Below, one piece after another: positions 1 to 9,135 of a stretch of DNA of 32,000 nucleotides. Where the stretch lies: assembly GCF_000237865.1 (NCBI RefSeq), contig NC_017459.1, positions 750,001-782,000 of the forward strand, read 5' to 3'. The position numbers were made by a program, and so were the translations under genes. Positions within the stretch are counted from its first letter, which is position 1; the number at the start of each line of letters is the position of its first letter. This DNA comes from Haloquadratum walsbyi C23 (GTDB taxonomy: Archaea; Halobacteriota; Halobacteria; Halobacteriales; Haloferacaceae). The notes beneath the pieces are model-generated. The model saw only the letters and a program-made list of their open reading frames with translations, made no database searches and was not told the origin of the DNA.

Positions 1-1796
1 CCCTGAACGGCTGAACTGTCACTGGCGATAGGATCTCACTAGACAGCGGACCGGATGGTCGACCCCACCAATTTTCAGTTGCATCAACCGTTGTCACGGC
101 GCCGCCAGGGCGGTCAGCATCAATAGCGACATTATTATTCTCAATATTACTCTGCGTGAAAGCGTGCTTTCCGGTGTTGGTAAAGAAGCCATTCTCGCTT
201 CGAAGGACATTCAGCCGTTCTGCGGTCAGATTTGATGCGTCGCCTGTTGCGTTGATCGCGAATGTGGTATCAGCAATCTGTGTGTCAAGCACACTGACAT
301 CAGCGGTTGTCACGTTTATGCCTTCTCTGACTGACTGAATCTGACTGAAACTCACAGTGACATCGTCAGCATTGATATCAATACCAGTCGTTGTTTGACC
401 AGTTGCGTTGTCAATCTGCACATCAGTGATGGTTGACGTCTCCACAGCTTGCACTGCAGTTGAGGAGCCTCTGACAGTCAAACTGTCAATGAGTGTACCG
501 CCGGCGCCGGCAGATATATCGACGGTTGCATCACTACTACTGCCCTCAGGAGCAGTGACAACTGCTCCATCACTTCGAATGGCGACTTCTTTATCAATGC
601 TCAATGTTTCCCGATAGGTTTCTGCTGCAACTTGGACGGAGCCACCTGTGTCGGCGGCGTTGATCCCACTCGTGATCGTCCCGAAGTCGGTTTCTGTGCG
701 TGTCGATGTTGTTTGGTTTGCTGAGGTCGCGGTGAGTTCGGTTGTGAAGTTACCTGCTCGGGATTCACCAGTTACATCGAGTGATAATGTCTCAGTTGTA
801 CTCCCACCAGGATCAAGGGTTACCTGTTGTGCTGTTGTGTCAATCGTCTCGTCATCAAGAGTGAGATTGAGTTCAATTGTCTGTGTTGCTGTGCCCTGAC
901 CGGTGTTCTCGACAGCAATATCAACTTCGTCGGATGTTGCACTCCCTGCGATTGGTGTTGGGATGTTCGAAATATCAACAGTGAACCGTGGCGGTGCTGG
1001 TTCGCGGACGACAATTAATCCCGAGACGCTGTCGTCTGCACTGCTGACAGTCACCGCCCGATCACCGACAAGAAGCGCAGTCGCCGGCACAGTAGTCGAC
1101 ACCGTCTGTGTCTCATTCCCATCGAGCGTGACATCTGATGTCGAACGAGTCGTTCCACCGATGGTTATCGACACTGTTTGTGATCCTTCAACATCTCCGA
1201 TATTGGTGACATCTGCGGTGACAGTTACTGACTGACCCTCGCTTCGGAATACATCGTCGGGTACAGACAGATTTGACATGCGGAATAGTGGCTCATCCGG
1301 TGCCTCAATAACTGTGACTGTTCGTTGCGCTGTCTCATCACCGGTCGTAACTGTGATTGTCTGATCACCAACTGTACTCACAGTCGCTTCGAGGGTTATT
1401 TCGGCACGTTCGCCGCCGTCAAGTGTTAGTTGTCTACTCGTCGCTTCATCGTCATTCACTTCGAGTGCAACCTCTCGGTCAGTTGCTGTACCATCACCCG
1501 TATTCTCGACAATGGTATCCACCTGTAGTCTGTTCCCTTCTATGACTGGTGAGTTTGTATCATCAATCTGCACCGCGATATTGGCTGGTTCGCGGATTGT
1601 CGTAGATGCTTCTTGCGCGTCATTATCTGTGTTTACTCTGAGCTGTTGTGTCCCAGCATCAATAATTTCGCCCGCTCCTGTTGGCGCAGTTAATGTCACC
1701 GTTTCAGTACTACCGCCAATCACTTGCACGGATTGCTGTGTAAGGTCTTGTCCATCAGCAGAGAGTACAATATCTTGCGTTGCTGTCCACCCCCCC
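1..1796 (-). pseudogene. Window-truncated 3' continuation of the surface-protein gene that starts at 4088. It is readable only after a +1 shift at the G7 run, and encodes further CARDB-like repeats followed by right-handed beta-helix repeats.
   Basis: Manual minus-strand translation in the frame with codons 1787-1789, 1784-1786 and so on is stop-free from 1867 down to the window edge. It is missing from the ORF track because it has no stop codon inside the window. It reads WTATQDIVLSADGQDLTQQSVQVIGGSTETVTLTAPTG..VENTGDGTATDREVALEVNDDE..VTNIGDVEGSQTVSITIGG..VENTGQGTATQTIELNLTLDD..TITSGINAADTGGSVQVAAETYRETLSIDKEVAIRSDG..ENWWGRPSGP. This has the same repeat architecture as the upstream ORF. Confidence 0.75.
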
Positions 1797-4088
1797 AGTG
1801 TTTGTGATAGTGATATCAACACTGAGGTCGTTTCCAGCAATAGGACCAGGATTACTCGGACTCGGTGTCACACTGTCGATGCTAAATGTCGCAGGCTCTC
1901 GCAGATCAATTGACTTCTGCTCAGTATCACTGTATGTTTGCAGCGTTGTACTCTGACCTCCGGCTGCTAGCGTATTGATTGATGTTTCAAACGTAAGCGT
2001 CACATTAGTCGATTCATCAGGGTTAAGTTCCAGTATCGTATTGTTGACTGTTGACCCTCCAAGTGTAAGCTTAATCGGGCGACTACCATTTTGGTCCCCA
2101 GTATTGTTTACAATCGCAGTGGCAGTAATTTCTGAGCCAGCAACGGGAGCATCATCTGGGAGATCTGCGTCTCTAATTTGATAGCTCGCTGGTTCAAGCA
2201 CTGTTGCATTGACCGGCGTGCTTCCTGGTGGCGCTCGTACTGTGAAATTCAATGATCCAACATCCTGAGCTGATGGGAGAAATGAAAGCGCGACGGTCGT
2301 TGATTGATCAGCACCAAGATTGACAGTGTCGTTATCAACAGTCTCACCGTCGAGTTGAAGGAATACAGGTTGTGTGTCGATAGCAACGTCCTCCTCATTT
2401 GTAATAGTCGGTTCGAATTCGATTACTCGCCCCGGTGTTGCATCGGAGATATCCGTGACCGACCCAGGTTCGACAGAAGCCGTGAGCGTTTCTTCAACAG
2501 GAATATCAATACTGTCCTGTGCCTGACCCACTTCTGCATCGAAAGTAACGGTGCCGGTGCCGGTGCCGTCATCAATATTTGCTAGTGCGGATTCCGACGG
2601 TCGATGAGATATCTGTACCGTTTGACTCTGCTCCTGTGTGAGTTGCACCTCTTGGCGTGCGACCGGAATCGGCTCAAATTCACCATCCACCTGACGTTCA
2701 ACACTGAGGACAACGTCTCGAACCGCAGCACCGCCGTCGTTCCTGACCGTTGCTTCAAGCACAATCGCCTCACCAACAACAAGGTCACCCTGATTTACCC
2801 GAGTAAGCGACTCCAGTTCGAATTTCGGTGCTGGTCCTGGACCAACTTGTGCTGATGGTTGATCGGTAATAGCAAAGAGCAAGAAGTCACTTGTTTCAGC
2901 CTCAAGTGTTACCGTTCCACCAGTCTGATCAACAAGCGTCGTCGGAAGCGTCATCCATTCATCAGCGTCTGGGTCATATCGTTCGACCGTAAGATTTCGC
3001 GGGCTTGAGTCGGTCGGAACGGCTGTCTCGGGAATGGTCGCTGTTACAAGCCCAGTAGTGCCCGCCGCCGAAGCTGGAACGGTGACGTTTATTCCTGCGA
3101 CCGGATCACCATTCAAATTTGGATTCCCCGCAAGGTCATCAAGCGACTCGACAGCAACCGCCGTCGCCTCAATATTACCTGTTGAATCACTTGTCGTACT
3201 TACAGCGACACGCCGCACCGTCTCGCTGTCATCATCGGTTTCAAGATCATCAGGGATTTCCACCTCAACAGAATTATCCACGCCAAGAATGCCTGCTTCC
3301 GGTGGTGAGCGCACGACAAACTGTGTTGTATCTGTATCGGACTCATTTGGCGCTCGCGGAGCCGTCTCATCAATCGACACTGTTGCGTTATATGTACCGA
3401 GAACATCGTATGACCGATTGAATTCTGGACCCTCATTGATGAAATTCTGCTCATCCTCACTTTCACCCGTTTCGAGTATGTACTCAAATCGGAGTTCGTC
3501 ACCATCGCTTTGATTCGCGCTGAAACGAACATCGCCCGCGGTCGTTGGTGTTCCCGTAATTACTTCGAGGATTGCATTTGCCACCTCACTGATGTCAGCC
3601 TCGACAGTAAATTCTGAGATACTAATGCTTCCGTCTCCTGTATCCTCACCGAGCGTGTCGATCTCAATCCCAACGAGAATATTTTCGCCGACACCGAGTC
3701 CAACCTGATTGTCCGAACCTTCGATTGAGTCATCGACGTTTGAACCACGATAAAAATCAACGATATTTTCGTTACTGTCGGCAATGAATACGAACGCCTT
3801 CCCCCGTGTCTCATTATCGTTCGTGTTTGTAATTCTCAACACACGATCAATACGAGTAATTGCATCCTGATTCACCCCCTCACCAGGAACATCATCTGCA
3901 TCTCCATCTAACTCGACTCTTACACCGCCGTCTTCGCCGAGATCTTCAACGTACCCTCCATTCGGACTGTCTGCGGCACTGATCTGTATTCCCTCACCAA
4001 TATCGATTGCTTGTGTGCCACTCGGCAGACCTGAAAGGACTGCAACACTGAGGAGCACGACGACGATGAGGTAGATGGAGCGACGCAT
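1755..4088 (-). CDS. Secreted cell-surface protein, N-terminal 777-aa reading frame. It has a Sec-type signal peptide, an N-domain shared with the neighbouring 753-aa protein, then CARDB-like Ig-fold repeats. It ends prematurely after a G7 run.
   Basis: The ORF track gives MRRSIYLIVVVLLSVAVLSGLPSGTQA, a hydrophobic signal sequence. The block ELDGDADDVPGEGVNQDAITRIDRVLRITN is shared with the 4131-6392 product. Repeats of the V.N.G...A type are present (EATVRNDGGAAVRDVVLSVE, TAIVNNTGDQNGSRPIKLTLGG, DITITNTGG). Composition is very acidic and Thr/Val-rich. Confidence 0.8.
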   Translation of the reverse strand: MRRSIYLIVVVLLSVAVLSGLPSGTQAIDIGEGIQISAADSPNGGYVEDLGEDGGVRVELDGDADDVPGEGVNQDAITRIDRVLRITNTNDNETRGKAFVFIADSNENIVDFYRGSNVDDSIEGSDNQVGLGVGENILVGIEIDTLGEDTGDGSISISEFTVEADISEVANAILEVITGTPTTAGDVRFSANQSDGDELRFEYILETGESEDEQNFINEGPEFNRSYDVLGTYNATVSIDETAPRAPNESDTDTTQFVVRSPPEAGILGVDNSVEVEIPDDLETDDDSETVRRVAVSTTSDSTGNIEATAVAVESLDDLAGNPNLNGDPVAGINVTVPASAAGTTGLVTATIPETAVPTDSSPRNLTVERYDPDADEWMTLPTTLVDQTGGTVTLEAETSDFLLFAITDQPSAQVGPGPAPKFELESLTRVNQGDLVVGEAIVLEATVRNDGGAAVRDVVLSVERQVDGEFEPIPVARQEVQLTQEQSQTVQISHRPSESALANIDDGTGTGTVTFDAEVGQAQDSIDIPVEETLTASVEPGSVTDISDATPGRVIEFEPTITNEEDVAIDTQPVFLQLDGETVDNDTVNLGADQSTTVALSFLPSAQDVGSLNFTVRAPPGSTPVNATVLEPASYQIRDADLPDDAPVAGSEITATAIVNNTGDQNGSRPIKLTLGGSTVNNTILELNPDESTNVTLTFETSINTLAAGGQSTTLQTYSDTEQKSIDLREPATFSIDSVTPSPSNPGPIAGNDLSVDITITNTGGVDSNARYCTLC

Positions 4089-4130
4089 TAGATCATGTAG
4101 CGATCATTTATCTTGGTATATTGACCGGAA

Positions 4131-6392
4131 TTAGTCGTTGCTGAACTCGATTAGATCGTCGCCGTCGCCATCACCACCATTCACGACCCTTGCGCCTGGA
4201 TCGAACGTATTACCGCTGTTGCCGTCTTTATTATTCAACACTGATGTTGCCGTCGCAGCACCAGTGTTGCTGTTTCCTGTGGATTCGGAATCGTCATCAT
4301 ACGCGAGGTCACCGACATCACCACGGAATGTGTTGTCGGTGAACGTGGCACTCTCAACCCCCTCGACGTCCATCGCCGAGTTGGGGGCTGCAGCACTAGC
4401 CGGTAGGATCTCGTTATCTTCGACAGTTAGAGTGTCTATATCTCTGTATCCACCGATATCACCGCGGAGCCGATTGTTCCTGACAGTGATAGTATTGTGA
4501 TTGGGACCGGACAGAGCGTTGATTGCTGCCCCCTTTGTACCGGTGTCGATTTTGATGTCGTTGCCCTCGATAATCGCGCTCGCAGGCTTTCCGACTCCCC
4601 CATCGGGGTCGCTATTTACGACTTCAATACCGTTGATAAAGCCGGAACCGGATGCGCTCGTGCGGACGATGTTGTTCTTGACACGCACTATGTTGCTAGT
4701 TCCACTCTCAGGGATGTCAATCACGTCGCCGCTGCTCCCATCACCCTCAACTCTGAATCCGTCTATTTCGGCCTTGTCAGCATCGAGCGTGACCGCTGGA
4801 CCACCGCCGTCGATAATAGCCTCCTCACCACGCGCGGAATCCTGCCCGGGCGTGCCGGCGTTCGGTCCTCTGAGCGAGACGTCATCGTCAACGGTGATAC
4901 TCTCTGTGAACGTCCCGGAGTCAGCGAGCGCAACACCATCACCCTGGCTGCCAGCCGCAGCGTTGTCAACTGCGGACTGGATCGTACTGAACGTCGAGCC
5001 GCTGGTGGTCTGCACCTGCGCACCATTGGACCCCTCGATACGGGCCGAGAACACGTCGTTGTCTCTTAGCAGCGCCTCAATCTGATCCTGCTTGTCACTC
5101 TCACCATTGACATCTTGGGGGGACTCTTGCGAACTCAAGTCGGTGAGCTTGATCGCTGGGGTGCCGGCGTCCCGCACCCGATTGTCTTCGATGGTGTAAC
5201 TGAAGTTACCGAGACCGGTATTATTAGTAAACGCAACGATACCCTCGTCCTTGATCCCGCCACCGCCACTGTCAGATTCGGTAACGCTGTTACCTGAGAT
5301 AGTCACGGAACCGCCACCTGACTCCGAGTCGTGCTGGACTTGGATGCCAGCGTCAGTCACGGTATTGTCAACGATCTCAAGATCCACGCCTCGGATGTCA
5401 ATCGCGTTCGTGTCGAAGCTAGCATTGGATGTGATGTCCAGATCACGGACCGTTATTCCGTTCCGATTGATGCCACTGATCAGGTGGATATCGTCGTCCC
5501 GCCCAAGATCATTGTAGCTGAGGTCGAGATTCTGGATAGTGACATCGTCGCTTTCGACAGCGATAGCCTCATCATCGCTGAGGCTCGCAGTTACGTCAAT
5601 CGGTGGCTTACCCTCGAAGCCGCTGAGCGTGAGTGGCTTGTCGATGGTGATTCTGCTTCCGATATCTTGGGCGCTTCTCACGCCGATGACAGCGTCGGAC
5701 TCAGCCGCCGAAACCGCGTCCGAGATAGTTGGGAAGATGTTTTCGTTGTTGTTGTCGTCATCGTTGTCGGAGTCACCGAACACGTCCGAGTCGACTACAT
5801 ATTCCGGTTGTGGAATACTTTGACCGGGCGCAGACGCTGTGGCATCTGCGCGAAGCGTCACATCATCTAGTATCAGCGGATCTCCGCTCCCGATATCAAG
5901 TGTATCGATAGTTAGACCAACAACTACCTGTTCACCAACTGCGAGTTCAACCGAATTGCTAGCAGACTCAAGCGACTGCCCGCTTGATCCGCTCGTTTCT
6001 GCCGTCGACTGTGTTACACGGAATGTTACTGCATCACTTTCATCTTCAAAGAAAACGCTCGCTGTCTGTGAGCCTTGATTAACGACCCGAAACAAATCCT
6101 CAACCTTTGTAATCGCGTCCTGATTGACTCCTTCACCAGGACCCTCGTTGTCGCCGTCAAGATTGAGTTCGATTGTGTCATCATCTTCAATATTCACATA
6201 CTTGTCTGCGTTACTGCTCTCCAATGGCTGGATAGCTACAAAGGCGCTCTGATCGCCTGCAACGTTGACATCAACGTTACGCTCTGCCTCAACACTGGTG
6301 AACGCCTCTGTTCCGAAAGCCGCAGTCCCGCCAGCACCTAACGCACCGATGCTGATCAATAGTTTGCGTCGTCTCATTGAATTGCAGTTCAT
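4131..6392 (-). CDS. Secreted surface protein. It has a Tat-like signal, a conserved N-domain and two right-handed parallel beta-helix (PbH1/NosD-like) modules.
   Basis: MRRRKLLISIGALGAGGTAAFG looks like a twin-arginine signal. It is followed by GTEAFTSVEAERNVDVNVAGDQSAFVAI and GPGEGVNQDAITKVEDLFRVVN. Two beta-helix entry motifs are present (FPTISDAVSAAESDAVIGV..ITIDKPLTLSG and FSTIQSAVDNAAAGSQGDGVALADSGTFTESITVDDDVSLRG). Many short repeats follow (VTIQNLDLS, ITVRDLDITSN, VTISGNSVTE, TIEDNRVRD). The gene lies only 42 bp upstream of the 4088 start, so it is probably co-transcribed. The true start may be the second ATG at 6377. Confidence 0.85.
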   Translation of the reverse strand: MNCNSMRRRKLLISIGALGAGGTAAFGTEAFTSVEAERNVDVNVAGDQSAFVAIQPLESSNADKYVNIEDDDTIELNLDGDNEGPGEGVNQDAITKVEDLFRVVNQGSQTASVFFEDESDAVTFRVTQSTAETSGSSGQSLESASNSVELAVGEQVVVGLTIDTLDIGSGDPLILDDVTLRADATASAPGQSIPQPEYVVDSDVFGDSDNDDDNNNENIFPTISDAVSAAESDAVIGVRSAQDIGSRITIDKPLTLSGFEGKPPIDVTASLSDDEAIAVESDDVTIQNLDLSYNDLGRDDDIHLISGINRNGITVRDLDITSNASFDTNAIDIRGVDLEIVDNTVTDAGIQVQHDSESGGGSVTISGNSVTESDSGGGGIKDEGIVAFTNNTGLGNFSYTIEDNRVRDAGTPAIKLTDLSSQESPQDVNGESDKQDQIEALLRDNDVFSARIEGSNGAQVQTTSGSTFSTIQSAVDNAAAGSQGDGVALADSGTFTESITVDDDVSLRGPNAGTPGQDSARGEEAIIDGGGPAVTLDADKAEIDGFRVEGDGSSGDVIDIPESGTSNIVRVKNNIVRTSASGSGFINGIEVVNSDPDGGVGKPASAIIEGNDIKIDTGTKGAAINALSGPNHNTITVRNNRLRGDIGGYRDIDTLTVEDNEILPASAAAPNSAMDVEGVESATFTDNTFRGDVGDLAYDDDSESTGNSNTGAATATSVLNNKDGNSGNTFDPGARVVNGGDGDGDDLIEFSND

Positions 6393-6430
6393 TCATATTA
6401 CCAGTATGTATATTGTATTATCACGATTGA

Positions 6431-6543
6431 GATGGGTCAACCGGGCATTGAGACTCCGAAATCTCTCTTTGAAGAGTAGAAAGATGGGTTAACCGGGTCA
6501 ACCGGGTATTGAAAATTCGAAATGCCTCTTTGAAGAGAAAAAA
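6431..6543. promoter_or_regulatory. Two tandem direct repeats (52 and 61 bp) in the divergent promoter region. They carry a GGGTYAACCGGG motif three times and a CTCTTTGAAGAG inverted repeat twice.
   Basis: 6431-6482 reads GATGGGTCAACCGGGCATTGAGACTCCGAAATCTCTCTTTGAAGAGTAGAAA. 6483-6543 reads GATGGGTTAACCGGGTCAACCGGGTATTGAAAATTCGAAATGCCTCTTTGAAGAGAAAAAA. The repeats lie between the start codons at 6392 (minus) and 6596 (plus). AT-rich TATA-like tracts flank both sides. Confidence 0.6.
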
Positions 6544-6595
6544 CATGAACAGATATAATAGTATGTAATTTTGATATAACAATGTCAAGTAATGT

Positions 6596-7168
6596 ATGAA
6601 TGAACTCCGCTCAAGTGGGTGCGATCTTGATCTCACAGATGATGAAGTGTTTTCACTCCTTGCAAATCAGCGCCGACGGCTCACTGCAACGATACTCATG
6701 GAGGCTAAAACGATTAATTTAGGGGTATTAGCGGAACGTATCGGAGGGATTGAAGAAAATGTTGACCCCGCTGAAGTAGACAGTAGTACTCGAAAAAGTG
6801 TCTATACGTCACTTCAACAGGTCCATCTTCCAAAGCTTGATGATGCAGATATCATTGAGTTCGATAAACGAAGCGGAACAATATGTCAAACTGAGAATAC
6901 GAAACTGTTCATTGAACATGCGGGAACACTTCAAAATGATACTGAAATACCATGGTATGAATATTATTTGTCACTCTCATCACTTGGATTTGCGTTGGTG
7001 TATACAATGACTGTCGATGCTGACCCATTTACGACATTGCCTGATATTGTGTATGAATGTATTTTCTTATTCATGCTCCTCACTGTTAGCTGTCTTCACA
7101 CACTTTCATCACTGAAGCGGTGGGATGCTTCAGCATACGCAATTGACAAAATCGCTGATATGCGATGA
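6596..7168 (+). CDS. Membrane-anchored winged-helix transcription regulator. The N-terminal HTH is of the haloarchaeal LSNRRRR...YVSLYQTHLPKLDD type (DUF7344-like), with two C-terminal TM helices.
   Basis: FSLLANQRRRLTATIL..LAERIGGIEENVDPAEVDSSTRKSVYTSLQQVHLPKLDDADIIEFD matches the family signature I recognise. The C-terminus has the hydrophobic helices YYLSLSSLGFALVYTMTV and IVYECIFLFMLLTVSCLHTL. The stop overlaps the next start (ATGA at 7165-7168). Confidence 0.75.
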   Translation: MNELRSSGCDLDLTDDEVFSLLANQRRRLTATILMEAKTINLGVLAERIGGIEENVDPAEVDSSTRKSVYTSLQQVHLPKLDDADIIEFDKRSGTICQTENTKLFIEHAGTLQNDTEIPWYEYYLSLSSLGFALVYTMTVDADPFTTLPDIVYECIFLFMLLTVSCLHTLSSLKRWDASAYAIDKIADMR

Positions 7169-7635
7169 ATATCAATCATCGGTATATTATTGCTGGGGTT
7201 CTATTTATTGCGATAATCATCACAGGGACAACCGCATACGATTCTATCACTGCTGATCGATCAGTTGATATTTCTGTTGTAGAGAATGAAGATGCATACC
7301 TTGCAATTGAAACACAGGATCTCGAAAACGAGTCAGTAGTTTCAGCATTCACATTTACGAATAACCTCAATCGGGATGCAGATCTTAGCGTAGAGGTAAC
7401 TGACTCAATTCCAAAAAGTGGTGCATCAGTTGTTAATATCACTGTTGGTGAATCATCAGACGAACGTGAAACTGGTGAGGGAATTGCTATATCGGACGGT
7501 GAGACCGCCGAATTGAATATTGAATGTAGCGATGCGAGCAAGTCATATGACATCGGTCTTCGGATTATTCTTAAGACAACTGATATTAAAATCGATGTTG
7601 AACGAAAATATACTTTAGAATGCGATAACACATAG
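7165..7635 (+). CDS. Small membrane-anchored or secreted protein. It is a stand-alone paralog of the N-terminal motif and domain of the 753-aa surface protein.
   Basis: An N-terminal TM/signal helix (YIIAGVLFIAIIITG) is followed by TAYDSITADRSVDISVVENEDAYLAI. This parallels FTSVEAERNVDVNVAGDQSAFVAI in the 4131-6392 product. The gene is translationally coupled to the regulator. Confidence 0.7.
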   Translation: MNINHRYIIAGVLFIAIIITGTTAYDSITADRSVDISVVENEDAYLAIETQDLENESVVSAFTFTNNLNRDADLSVEVTDSIPKSGASVVNITVGESSDERETGEGIAISDGETAELNIECSDASKSYDIGLRIILKTTDIKIDVERKYTLECDNT

Positions 7636-7901
7636 TTGGGTCATTACCACTTCATATTAGCAGACAAAGATTGAATTCCTCATGAAGAAACCTACGTTGA
7701 GTACTTTATTCACCGTTGTGGGCGACTAAGGCTAATGAGACGATCCATGAATTGAGTGGGTACTCGAACACGCAATGTCTCTTTATTAACGTTCGATGCA
7801 CTTACTCACAGATACTCACAAACCACAACTAGACTCTTCAAAGACGGATAGTCGGCGTGTTGTCTCATACGAGACTCATCACGTTCAGCGTCAGGAGGAT
7901 A

Positions 7902-8573
7902 TCAATCAGTCGTGACCACTGTATAGCAGTTCCCACTTGATATCTCAGTCTCAACAATCGATAGTGCACTCGACTCCAGATCAGAGCGAAATTCAACTGG
8001 ATCATAGATATGATAATATCGAGGAATCGACGTCCCGTCGGGAAGTGTCCACTCGATAGTCGTATCAAATCCATTACTACGTTCAAACTGATCGTGTTCA
8101 GTTGACCATACACTGATTAGTGCCCGCCCGTCGGATTCAAGCACCCGGGCAACCGCTGAGAGACTTGCGACCCGGCGACGTCGCGGTCGGAGATGATGAA
8201 GTGTGGCGACATAGACCGCAATCGAAACACTCTGTGATTCCAGCGGAAGTGACCCAGCGTCAGCCTGAATAAGCGCAATATCGTCGATAAATCCTCGATT
8301 TGTCGCTCGCGTCTGTGCTGTGTGGAGTAGTTCACGACTCACATCGACTCCAATTATCTCATCGAGTGATGTCTGCTCGAAGAGCGTTTCTGCATGGCGT
8401 CCATTCCCACATCCAATATCAACGCCGATACTCTCGGTGTCGGGAGGACTCTGTATTTGCTGTGAGGCACAGAACGACTCTACTTCCGGCCATGCATACT
8501 CACGCGTCGCCGCAAAGTGCTCGGCAATTGTATCGTATGTTGCCTTGACCGAGTCTTGAGGTGTGTCTGTCAT
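7902..8573 (-). CDS. Class I SAM-dependent methyltransferase, Trm9/ALKBH8-methyltransferase-like.
   Basis: Motif I is VDIGCGNGRH. The N-terminal YDTIAEHFAATREYAWPEV and the later SIAVYVATLHHL..RRRRVASLSAVARVLESDGRALISVWS resemble the Trm9 pattern (FSSTR..PWP; IAVIHH..RR..A..E..R.L.PGG..LI.VW). Confidence 0.7.
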   Translation of the reverse strand: MTDTPQDSVKATYDTIAEHFAATREYAWPEVESFCASQQIQSPPDTESIGVDIGCGNGRHAETLFEQTSLDEIIGVDVSRELLHTAQTRATNRGFIDDIALIQADAGSLPLESQSVSIAVYVATLHHLRPRRRRVASLSAVARVLESDGRALISVWSTEHDQFERSNGFDTTIEWTLPDGTSIPRYYHIYDPVEFRSDLESSALSIVETEISSGNCYTVVTTD

Positions 8574-8808
8574 ATCTCTGTATCGCTCTTTCCATTCATA
8601 TATTTGCTATTTGGAATTAGTGTTGCTGATTTTGCTCTTATCATCACTCGTATGAGTCCTTCTTAATCACAAATGTCGCCACCAATGGTACACTCTTCGA
8701 AGGATTGCTGATTATTTGTGTATATATCGATTGACCCCGCGTTCATTTCCACATACGCAATCACTGGCGTACCCTTTTGTTGCGTCGCTCGGTAATATAG
8801 CGATACCA

Positions 8809-9024
8809 ATGGATGAGCGTCGCTGCCCGGACTGTAATGTCCAAATGAAAAAGACGCGCGTCACTGCAGAAGGAATCGGTGATCTATACGTTGAGACGGA
8901 CAGAGACGGTGGCGTGCTCAGTCATCTTGGGATTGGCTATCAAAATCCGCTTCATGCGTTTCTCTGCCCGGAATGTGGCATTACCACACTCTATGCTGAT
9001 ATCGACACGACAGAGTCTGAATGA
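8809..9024 (+). CDS. Small zinc-ribbon protein (71 aa) with two CPxC pairs.
   Basis: MDERRCPDCNVQM...FLCPECGITT. The product is acidic. I prefer the internal ATG at 8809 over the tracked start at 8716, because the upstream 31 residues are basic and aromatic and lie in AT-rich promoter-like sequence. Confidence 0.55.
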   Translation: MDERRCPDCNVQMKKTRVTAEGIGDLYVETDRDGGVLSHLGIGYQNPLHAFLCPECGITTLYADIDTTESE

Positions 9025-9135
9025 TAATACCATTATCACATGAGTTATTCACACATATAATTCACAGCGATACACAGAGGGTACGAGCTACATCAAACCG
9101 CGTCCATTTTATCTATCTGTACCGATTGTCGGCGT

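Noticed and set aside
156-6392. Dozens of plus-strand ORFs (60-194 aa) across the two large surface-protein genes.
   Set aside because: They are Ser/Val/Thr/Cys/Pro-rich, low-complexity and non-acidic. This is the mirror-image composition expected antisense to Asp/Glu/Thr/Val-rich coding sequence. They overlap each other in several frames, and the minus strand carries long coherent domain-bearing ORFs. They are shadow ORFs.
6431-6543. Possibility that the tandem repeats here, or those at 14712-14743 and 30153-30186, are CRISPR arrays.
   Set aside because: Units are directly abutting with no unique spacers, there are only 2-4 copies, and unit sizes are 7-61 bp. No cas genes are in the window.
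8716-8808. A 31-residue N-terminal extension of the zinc-ribbon ORF (tracked start at 8716).
   Set aside because: The extension is basic, aromatic and non-halophilic, and it covers AT-rich promoter-like sequence. The ATG at 8809 gives a compact acidic protein.
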